From Candidatus Bathyarchaeota archaeon (GTDB lineage: Archaea; Thermoproteota; Bathyarchaeia; 40CM-2-53-6), in assembly GCA_005881695.1 (NCBI GenBank), contig VBBT01000113.1, positions 1 to 63,239 of the forward strand: 63,239 bases of DNA, in the 5' to 3' direction. The translations under genes and the position numbers were made by a program. Within the stretch, counting starts at the first letter, position 1; every line of letters begins with the position of its first letter. This document shows positions 8,196 to 15,200 of the stretch, piece after piece. The notes beneath the pieces are model-generated. The model was not told where the DNA came from and did no database searches. It worked only from the letters and a program-made list of their open reading frames with translations.

Positions 8196-9092
8196 GTGGA
8201 GGCCTGGAAAGAAGTGCTGCTTGAGTGGCGCCAGGCCGACTGGAAGCCTGACGAGGTTACGAAGATGGGGCTGAGGTTTGAATCTGTCCCAGATGGGACG
8301 CGCATCACCATAGAACATGATGAATGGGGGAGTCTTCTGGGCGATAGACGCGGCGAGTTAGCAGGTTGGTTTGCAGGCGAGGTTGCCGCCCCATTATTCC
8401 AGGCGATGGGACCCACCCGGTTCGGAGACTGGCTAACCGACCGTCGAGCTCGGCGACCATCAGGAGCACAGGCGCGTGCTGGATATCGCGATCCCGTTTA
8501 CCACCGTCCCAACTTCAAAGTCATTTTGAAAGCGCTCTCCCTAACCCCTTCCGACTTCTTGCTCGAGGTAGGATGCGGAGGAGGCGCTCTTCTACAAGAG
8601 GCGCTGCGAAGCGGATGTCGGGCAGCGGCCGTTGACCACAGCCCGGAAATGGTCAAGCTCGCGCAAGAGGTCAATCACGATGCTATTAGACAGCGAAGGC
8701 TGGAGGTGCGTGAAGCGGAAGCGGATCAGCTGCCGTTTCCGAACGGGAAGTTCACATGCGCGGCCTTGACCAACGTTTTCGGCTTCCTCCCAGATCCACA
8801 CGCGGTGCTAGTGGAAATCCGACGTGTCCTCGCGAAGGAGGGCCGGCTTGTCCTCTTTACAGTATCTCCTGAGATGCGTGGAACAATAGCAGCGCCCGAA
8901 CCGATGGCGTCTCGGATACATTTCTACAAAGATGAAGAATTGATGAAACTCACACGCGAAGCAGGTTTCGCAGATGTACGAGTTGAACGACCCAACCTTG
9001 AGCCGTTCGCTCGGGAGGCAGGTGTGCCGGAGGAGCACATTCAGGCTTTCTCAGGCCGAGACGGGCAGCTCACCATTGGTCTGAAAACGTAG
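8196..9092 (+). CDS. SRPBCC-like domain + class I SAM-dependent methyltransferase (N-terminus apparently frameshifted, see 8032-8274)
   Basis: Methyltransferase motif I LLEVGCGGGALL. The upstream ORF 8032-8274, in another frame, encodes the missing first half of the SRPBCC domain. Confidence 0.7.
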   Translation: MEAWKEVLLEWRQADWKPDEVTKMGLRFESVPDGTRITIEHDEWGSLLGDRRGELAGWFAGEVAAPLFQAMGPTRFGDWLTDRRARRPSGAQARAGYRDPVYHRPNFKVILKALSLTPSDFLLEVGCGGGALLQEALRSGCRAAAVDHSPEMVKLAQEVNHDAIRQRRLEVREAEADQLPFPNGKFTCAALTNVFGFLPDPHAVLVEIRRVLAKEGRLVLFTVSPEMRGTIAAPEPMASRIHFYKDEELMKLTREAGFADVRVERPNLEPFAREAGVPEEHIQAFSGRDGQLTIGLKT

Positions 9093-9129
9093 AACATGAT
9101 TTGACCTCATAGGGGACTGAAGGGTCGGA

Positions 9130-9135
9130 TTTTTT
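9130..9135 (+). terminator. Oligo-T tract downstream of methyltransferase gene
   Basis: TTTTTT lies 38 nt after the stop at 9092. Archaeal terminators are typically oligo-T. Confidence 0.3.
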
Positions 9136-9247
9136 AACCCAGACCGGGTCAGCCACGGTAACATAACCTCAGTACCTTGGTTGGCAAGGGATCTGTAACA
9201 ACTTTGGATTTGCCTTTCTTGTTATGGTCTGCGCCTAACACGCAAGA

Positions 9248-9523
9248 ATGTCTGAAGGACTGGAGGTCAGACGAGTGAGCTTGGTGGATCTTTTGATCTC
9301 AATAGGAAGTGCGGGGCTTGCGATCTTTAGTGTGCCGACGGTTCTGAACAAGAATTCTCAAGTTCCGAGAAAGACAGCGAGCATTCCCTCGGCGTCCATC
9401 TTAACATATTTCGTCCCGTTGTTTGCGATAAGCGGATTGGATCTTACGGCGATGACCATCGCAGGACAGGCCATCGTATGGTGGCTAATTGTTGCACTGA
9501 GACCTGTTAGAAAGCTTGGCTAA
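9248..9523 (+). CDS. Small 3-TM membrane protein (possibly PQ-loop/SemiSWEET-like)
   Basis: 91 aa with three hydrophobic segments. The family call is weak. Confidence 0.45.
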   Translation: MSEGLEVRRVSLVDLLISIGSAGLAIFSVPTVLNKNSQVPRKTASIPSASILTYFVPLFAISGLDLTAMTIAGQAIVWWLIVALRPVRKLG

Positions 9524-9558
9524 CTTGATGACTTGGGAAAGGACGCTAACCGGGACTA

Positions 9559-9680
9559 TGGTGCGGCCGCCGGGATTTGAAGTCCCGAGCCGTCGTTTAA
9601 ACGGCTTCCCGGGTCGTTGGGTTGGAAGCCCATTGGACGCTCTAGGAGCTATGTCCTAGACCAGGCTAGACTACGGCCGC
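9559..9680 (-). tRNA. tRNA-Gly (anticodon UCC) with two non-canonical introns and genomically encoded CCA
   Basis: Acceptor stem GCGGCCG/CGGCCGC, discriminator A and encoded CCA. D stem GTCT/GGAC. After removing 9633-9650 and 9582-9607 the transcript folds into anticodon arm TTGGG-CTTCCAA-CCCAA and T arm CCGGG-TTCAAAT-CCCGG. Both introns sit in bulge(3)-helix(4)-bulge(3) motifs. The mature length is 75 nt plus CCA. Confidence 0.85.
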
Positions 9681-9834
9681 TGACCCTTGCGTTTGGTCCA
9701 TGGTCTTTTCTGCCTTACGATTGGCAGAGAAGACTCAACAAATGCCGTCACGCCAAACGAGAAGGTAGCAAGCGGTCAAGTTCGGGACAAGTCTAAACTA
9801 GTCTTAAGAATCCGACGATGCCTGTTGCGATGTT

Positions 9835-10857
9835 TTGAAAATCGTCCCGCTTGAACACGATCCGGCTCGAGCCCGTGACTATCTTAACGACAAGAGTTTG
9901 CAGATGGGCCGTATTCTTCCCGTCGGTGACAGTCTACTTGGAGAATACTTTGCAACCGGCAGTAGCTTTGTTCTGCTGAAGGGAAGGGCCATCGACGCGC
10001 TGTTCTCCTACAATGCAGGGCGAGATAAGCAAGTACCCACGGCGAGATTCCGTGTTGTAACCGATTCTATTGTAGGGCTAAGAGAGGTAACTAGGCTTGT
10101 TGAGGAAACCGCTGTTGCGGGCGAGAAGACGGTTCTTCGAACTAATGTTTTCGGATATGACAAGAAGCGGCTCCAGGCATTGAAAGCGTTGGGCTACACC
10201 GTTGGCGCCTCTCTACCGGGAGTCGTCTCACTTGATGGGAGGAGATTTGACTATCACCTTCTCTACAAGGATCTAAGTTTGAGATACAAGTTTGGTGTCC
10301 GAAGAAGTTACGTCAAGCCCGGTATGTACAAGGCAGTAGAAGTTGAAAAAGCAAAGACGCCTAAATTCAAAATCAGAGGCTACAGATCAGAAGATCGGCC
10401 GATCCTCGACAAGTTCGTAACTCACCAGAATGTGATTCGCGGAATCGGCTCTGGGGTCTTTGAGGGTCTATACCCGTGGCCACCGGGCGATTATCAAAGG
10501 AGGGTTGATGCAAAGCAGATTTTTCCGATCGTGTGTGAGGACGAGTTCATTAGGGAACCTGTGGGAGTTGTCGACCTCTTCGGATCTTCCGCAGAAGTCA
10601 TGCAGCATTCGATGGGTACGGGAATCTATGTTAGGGCTGACTACCAAGGGCTTGGTGTTGGGACGATGTTGATGGAGGCTTCGAAGATCCTTGCTACGAG
10701 GTTGCACCTAGGTAGGGTCTGGTTGAGCGTTTTCGAGGGAAACAGCCCCGCGTTGGCGCTGTACCGAAAAACTGGGTTTGAAGAATCCGGAAGGATGCCC
10801 GGGTGGTTGCAGGAGGGGTATGTTGATGAGATCTTCATGACTCTGAAGCTGGACTAG
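9835..10857 (+). CDS. Tandem-GNAT acetyltransferase family protein
   Basis: The C-terminal half has the GNAT core YQGLGVGTMLM...ALYRKTGFEE. TTG start. Confidence 0.7.
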   Translation: MKIVPLEHDPARARDYLNDKSLQMGRILPVGDSLLGEYFATGSSFVLLKGRAIDALFSYNAGRDKQVPTARFRVVTDSIVGLREVTRLVEETAVAGEKTVLRTNVFGYDKKRLQALKALGYTVGASLPGVVSLDGRRFDYHLLYKDLSLRYKFGVRRSYVKPGMYKAVEVEKAKTPKFKIRGYRSEDRPILDKFVTHQNVIRGIGSGVFEGLYPWPPGDYQRRVDAKQIFPIVCEDEFIREPVGVVDLFGSSAEVMQHSMGTGIYVRADYQGLGVGTMLMEASKILATRLHLGRVWLSVFEGNSPALALYRKTGFEESGRMPGWLQEGYVDEIFMTLKLD

Positions 10858-10887
10858 AGAGACTCTGACCACGAGTCCAAAGGGGGC

Positions 10888-11166
10888 TCATCCATTCTTG
10901 AGCAACCACTCCTTTCGAGCAAGACCGCGTTCGGTTAGAGCGTATTGGAACCTGCCGGCTCGGCGGGTCCGACTCAAGAGTCCCTGTCTCCAGTAGCGCA
11001 GGAGAGCCATCTCGACAGCCTTGTCTGTCAACCTGAGCATCGTATCTGCTGCCAAGAGCTTACGAATTTTGAGACTGTCGAACTCCTGTGTTGGTTCGAA
11101 GAGGCCAAGTATGCGGATCTTGAGCTCGTTGTAGTTCATTCTTGCAAGGCGTGGATGGTCGAGCAC
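10888..11166 (-). CDS. Small winged-helix DNA-binding protein
   Basis: 92 aa. The pattern ...LLRYWRQGLLSRTRRAGRFQYALTERG... is typical of a wHTH wing. Divergent from the NurA-HerA operon. Confidence 0.6.
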   Translation of the reverse strand: MLDHPRLARMNYNELKIRILGLFEPTQEFDSLKIRKLLAADTMLRLTDKAVEMALLRYWRQGLLSRTRRAGRFQYALTERGLARKEWLLKNG

Positions 11167-11228
11167 ATAAATCTATTGCGGGAGATGCGATTGTAAGAAT
11201 TCTCTTAGCATATTCTTGAGAGGGCTGT

Positions 11229-11242
11229 GAGTAACACCTTGT
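11229..11242 (+). promoter_or_regulatory. 14-nt direct repeat GAGTAACACCTTGT (copy 1)
   Basis: Exact repeat in the divergent 213-bp intergenic region. Confidence 0.5.
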
Positions 11243-11300
11243 ATGCTTTCCCGAGTGTATTTCTTCGGCGAAACACTTTCACTTTCACTCCCGATTTCCA

Positions 11301-11314
11301 GAGTAACACCTTGT
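11301..11314 (+). promoter_or_regulatory. 14-nt direct repeat GAGTAACACCTTGT (copy 2)
   Basis: Exact repeat 72 bp from copy 1 and about 27 nt upstream of the TATA box at 11341. Confidence 0.5.
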
Positions 11315-11340
11315 CGAAGTTGCTTCGGGACCGAAAATCG

Positions 11341-11348
11341 TTATATAT
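11341..11348 (+). promoter_or_regulatory. TATA box of the 11380 operon
   Basis: TTATATAT begins 39 nt upstream of the TTG start at 11380 (about 31 nt from its 3' end), giving little or no 5' leader. Confidence 0.5.
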
Positions 11349-11379
11349 CTACAACGGAGAGGACTCGGGCTGAGTAATA

Positions 11380-11928
11380 TTGTCCGACTTGGAAGTAGTT
11401 CAGAGTTCAGTTCAGTCCAGCCAACCTAGCGGGACAATAGAAGTGACCGTAAGACACAACGGATCAGAGACCAAGGTCATTGGAAACCCTGAGAATGTTG
11501 TTCGCGAACTTGTCATCTTCTTCTCGAAAGCCTACCCGGCGCTTGATCTAGCTTCGAAGCTCGTACTCTCTGTTGACAGCATGGAGTTCCTGCAAAACTG
11601 TGCAGGGGTCCTCGCCTTCTCTCCCGAGGGTCTTGTGATCTTGAAAGATACGACGACGCTGAAGGATAGGGAGCTTATGATGCTTCACGTCGCCGGAGCA
11701 CGCATGTTCTACTTGATGGGAAAGAAAGAGAACGATTCTATCTCATTGGACGAACTGGCAAAGATTACCGGCCGCGTTACCGGGACTATAGCAGGCCGGC
11801 TCAGCGAACTAGTCAGAGAACAACTCATCGAAAGAGTCGGAAAGGGTTCCTACAGGCTCACCACGATGGGACAGCGAGTGGTCATCCAGACACTGATGCC
11901 GAAAGCTGTGCAGTTGCCGGAGAGGTAG
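11380..11928 (+). CDS. Uncharacterised protein with C-terminal wHTH-like domain (paralogue 1)
   Basis: 182 aa. Alignable along its length with the next ORF (blocks LASKL, SPEG/TPEG, GSYRLT/GNYRLS). Confidence 0.65.
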   Translation: MSDLEVVQSSVQSSQPSGTIEVTVRHNGSETKVIGNPENVVRELVIFFSKAYPALDLASKLVLSVDSMEFLQNCAGVLAFSPEGLVILKDTTTLKDRELMMLHVAGARMFYLMGKKENDSISLDELAKITGRVTGTIAGRLSELVREQLIERVGKGSYRLTTMGQRVVIQTLMPKAVQLPER

Positions 11929-11934
11929 AGAGCG

Positions 11935-12471
11935 ATGACAGAGCGTCCGAAGATCAAGGTTCAGATCGAATGGGGAGACATCAAGCACACTGTCGAAGGT
12001 GACCTGGAGACTGTAGTGCAGGAGGTTATGCGGTTCGCGGCACAGGTCTTGCCTAACTATTCACTTGCATCGAAGCTAACGTTCTCTCCCGACTACTCTT
12101 CGATGGTGGACGATCTCTCCGAGACAGTCAAACTGACACCAGAGGGTGAGGCTGTCTTTCTGAAACCGGAAATGTCAGCCGAACAATCGATCGCCCTCGT
12201 CCTGCTAGCCACCCGGGTTGCCCATGCAGTTGGCACTCGACCTAGCGTCGATATGAGCCCAGAGAATATCAGCAAGGCTATCGGAAAATCTGTCAAAACA
12301 GTCCGCAACACGCTTGCGATGATGGGGAAGACCGGTATCGTCGAGCGGACCAATGAGGGAAACTATCGGCTATCAATTCAGGGAATCCGCAAGTCGCACG
12401 AGATCGCGAGAAGCGTAACAGCTCGTGCCGCCGTGTCCCAGCCTGAAAGAAAGGTGACAGCGCCAGGATGA
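11935..12471 (+). CDS. Uncharacterised protein with C-terminal wHTH-like domain (paralogue 2)
   Basis: 178 aa, paralogous to 11380-11928. The ATG lies 6 nt after the upstream TAG. Confidence 0.65.
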   Translation: MTERPKIKVQIEWGDIKHTVEGDLETVVQEVMRFAAQVLPNYSLASKLTFSPDYSSMVDDLSETVKLTPEGEAVFLKPEMSAEQSIALVLLATRVAHAVGTRPSVDMSPENISKAIGKSVKTVRNTLAMMGKTGIVERTNEGNYRLSIQGIRKSHEIARSVTARAAVSQPERKVTAPG

Positions 12472-12493
12472 TACTAGAGAGGGTGCGGGGACA

Positions 12494-12517
12494 GGCGGGA
12501 GAGGGGGATCTCCCGCC
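12494..12517 (+). other. Intercistronic 8-bp GC hairpin embedded in a G-quadruplex-type G-tract run
   Basis: GGCGGGAG-agggggat-CTCCCGCC. The G-tracts at 12481-83, 12487-90, 12497-99 and 12503-07 fit a G3+N1-7 pattern. Confidence 0.6.
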
Positions 12518-12538
12518 CAATACTGGGGGAATCTAACC

Positions 12539-13645
12539 TTGCTCCACCGCACCCAGGAACTAACTGAACCGCTAGCACAATTAAAAAGCATACCGGAAGA
12601 GCTGCAACATCCAATACCCGAAGCACTCCTCCAGCTCTCGACAAAATCAATGCAATCGCTACGCGGGTCCACACTCAACCCACGCACTGTGTCCCTCGTT
12701 GACATGGGACTGGACGATGGAGACTCAGACGAGCAGCTCGAAATCGGCGCATCATCAATATCAATGGGTTTGAAGCGCAGCCCAATCAATCCATTGAGAG
12801 AATCGGTTCCAATCGCGGCGTGCGACGCATCCAGCGTCAAGATAGGCGAAACCGAAACTGGAATGATATTCGCAATTCGAGCCGTTGCCGTTTGGAGACA
12901 ACCTGACAGGATCGCTTTCACACGCTGGGGACCCTTGCTGTTCCACATTCCCAACTCCGACGGCCAACAAGAAAAGTACCGAGATGACGACTCTCGGGCC
13001 TTCGGCGGGCTATCGGTCAAGACCCTACGGGTTCTGACCAAGCTGAGGAATCATGTGGAACGCTGGGTCCAGGAAGAGCTAGCCTTCTCAGTCAAAGACG
13101 GGGTTGTCCTGTTCGACGGTTCATTGACTGCGGGGACGCCTGACAATCCTTCCAGTAGAGTCCAACGAATCCTTTCCACAGCCCGCAACAACAACAGTAT
13201 CGTTATCGCTCTCTCGAAATCAACGCAGCTTACAGTTGGCGGAAAGAATATTCTCGGCTTCTTCGACGCCGAAAAAATCCCCCACATCATCGACATAACA
13301 TCTGTTGTCGAGAACGAGTATCCCGCGTATCCGATCAGATTCCTCGGACGAGTTTGTGTCTCGAAACTTTCACCGGATGGGTTCCTATTCCGCACCGATA
13401 TTGACCGGGATGCCGATGAACAACAAGCATTGGTTGCGCTTGGCCGAATCGCAGGAACCGACGTTATCTTCCATGGCTACCCTGAGACATTGAGGATCGC
13501 CCACATCTTCAGCACGTTCACCGCTAACGAGATCCTCGCAGTCCAGCGATTCGTTGCCAGTAACCATCACGTTAGTCTTCAGGCCCGGCCGAACCTTCGA
13601 CGGTCATTGTTCGGACCCTTTGGAACCAGCAGGTACGTGGCCTAG
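12539..13645 (+). CDS. nurA: NurA-like nuclease
   Basis: 368 aa. Motifs IAACDASS and VLFDGSL are characteristic of the NurA domain. Immediately upstream of a HerA-type ATPase. Confidence 0.65.
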   Translation: MLHRTQELTEPLAQLKSIPEELQHPIPEALLQLSTKSMQSLRGSTLNPRTVSLVDMGLDDGDSDEQLEIGASSISMGLKRSPINPLRESVPIAACDASSVKIGETETGMIFAIRAVAVWRQPDRIAFTRWGPLLFHIPNSDGQQEKYRDDDSRAFGGLSVKTLRVLTKLRNHVERWVQEELAFSVKDGVVLFDGSLTAGTPDNPSSRVQRILSTARNNNSIVIALSKSTQLTVGGKNILGFFDAEKIPHIIDITSVVENEYPAYPIRFLGRVCVSKLSPDGFLFRTDIDRDADEQQALVALGRIAGTDVIFHGYPETLRIAHIFSTFTANEILAVQRFVASNHHVSLQARPNLRRSLFGPFGTSRYVA

Positions 13646-13651
13646 ACGCGA

Positions 13652-15070
13652 ATCTACCGGAAGGAAGCTGACGAAGTCCAGCTCATAGCCTTCCCTGACG
13701 AGCATGTTCAGAAGGGCGACTATTTTGTCATCGAGGACCCAGCGCAGTCGAGAGGACTCCTCGTCCAAGCGATAGACTTGCAGTACGCCAACGTTCCAGG
13801 GGTCCTAGAGGATATTCTCAGAGACGTAATGACTGATGGGGAACTTGCGGGGGAAGATGTGGACCCATTGAACATTTCCAGCCAGGTGGACGCGTTGAAG
13901 GATACGAGACTGGCGGTCTGCAAGATCCGCGGAACAATCGCCCAAGACGGAAGCCTATCACCCAGCACGTCCTGGTTGCCTTCGCGGACATCATCAAAGA
14001 TCCGGCCCTACGCCGTCAACCGGCTGATAATGAATGGTGGAAAAATGCCAGTCAAGTTGGGACACAACGATGGCGAGCCGATAAGCGTGGACGCCAGCGG
14101 ACTTGATGGCGGTCTGAACATAATCACTGGAAGAAAAGGCTCAGGCAAGTCTCACCTTGCGAAACTACTCCTCCTCTCCATGGCAGGATGGGGTGCGCCA
14201 TGCATCGTTCTGGACGTAAACGGAGAATACATCAACCTTCACAAATCGAAGGACGGACGACAATCATCTGCGCGGCTGACAGTTCTAGCGCCGAGAAGCG
14301 GCCTAAACTTCTCTATGTCCAAACTCGGGCTGAGAACGGTAGCAGGGGTCTTGAGTCATGCCCTGGATCTGCCGGCGACTTCGTCCAAAGTCTTCACCAC
14401 TATCTGGAAGGATCTTGAGGCTCGGGGAGATCTGACTCTCCCTACTTTGATCCAAGCAGTGCAGTCGTGGAGTTGCCATGACAGTGTCCGCGAAGCTCTG
14501 ACTTCCAGACTCCAGGTTTTGATGGAATCGGGATTGTTTGACGAGGCAAACCCGTTGACGGAAGAGCGAATTCTTCACACTATCGAGGGAGGCGGGGTCC
14601 TTGTGGTTAATCTGAAGAATCAGAGCCAGATCGTCCGACGTATACTTGTCGAGATCTTTCTCGGAGAACTGACCAAGATTCTCTCCTCTAACTGGCTCAA
14701 GGCTGCGTTTCTTTTCGCGGAGGAAGCGCACTTGTACTTGCGGGATACTTACTGGGACGATATTGTTACAAGGATGAGGCATATTGGATTGTTCACCACG
14801 TTCATCACGAACCAGCCGGACACTGTTCAGGAGGCGATCTACAGGCAGGCGGACAATGTGTTCATCTTCAACTTCACAAACGAGCACGATATCGAGGCTA
14901 TTGGCAAGGTGGCGAAGGCGGACAGCGACACGATACGTTACCTCGTCAGAGGAATACCTACCAGACGCTGCTTGCTGCTCGGCAATGTTGTCAAGGACCT
15001 ACCTCTGATGGTCGACGTGGAACAGTTGGATGTCAGAACGATGGGCGAGACGCGACTCTTCTTCTCTTAG
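13652..15070 (+). CDS. herA: HerA-like (FtsK/HerA superfamily) hexameric ATPase
   Basis: Walker A GRKGSGKSH, Walker B LFAEEAH, and FITNQP. The first canonical start is TTG 13778, but a HAS-barrel-like sequence (IYRKEADEVQLIAFPDEHVQKGDYFVIEDP) is encoded in frame from 13646, so the start is assigned provisionally to ATC 13652. Confidence 0.7.
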   Translation: MYRKEADEVQLIAFPDEHVQKGDYFVIEDPAQSRGLLVQAIDLQYANVPGVLEDILRDVMTDGELAGEDVDPLNISSQVDALKDTRLAVCKIRGTIAQDGSLSPSTSWLPSRTSSKIRPYAVNRLIMNGGKMPVKLGHNDGEPISVDASGLDGGLNIITGRKGSGKSHLAKLLLLSMAGWGAPCIVLDVNGEYINLHKSKDGRQSSARLTVLAPRSGLNFSMSKLGLRTVAGVLSHALDLPATSSKVFTTIWKDLEARGDLTLPTLIQAVQSWSCHDSVREALTSRLQVLMESGLFDEANPLTEERILHTIEGGGVLVVNLKNQSQIVRRILVEIFLGELTKILSSNWLKAAFLFAEEAHLYLRDTYWDDIVTRMRHIGLFTTFITNQPDTVQEAIYRQADNVFIFNFTNEHDIEAIGKVAKADSDTIRYLVRGIPTRRCLLLGNVVKDLPLMVDVEQLDVRTMGETRLFFS

Positions 15071-15200
15071 TGTGAGCAAGGGCGCGCCACTCTTTCGTAG
15101 GAACTCGGTCTAACAAGTCCCGCATCCCTGCTCGACGTTTCTTTCTGGCAAGAACTCGCCTGAACTCTACCCTGAGGCGTGCGCCGGCCCGCAGTGTGGT

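Noticed and set aside
9559-9680. An alternative tRNA register using T arm CGGGA-CTTCAAA-TCCCG, with no second intron.
   Set aside because: It leaves an extra G between the T stem and acceptor stem, destroys the discriminator and CCA register, and leaves about 25 unexplained nt. The two-intron model gives a standard 75-nt cloverleaf, and both junctions fall in BHB bulges.
5000-15200. A genomic island integrated at the tRNA-Gly gene.
   Set aside because: No integrase or recombinase gene is present, and I found no second copy of the tRNA 3' segment (TGGTGCGGCCGCCGGGATTTGAA or its complement) that would mark an att site.
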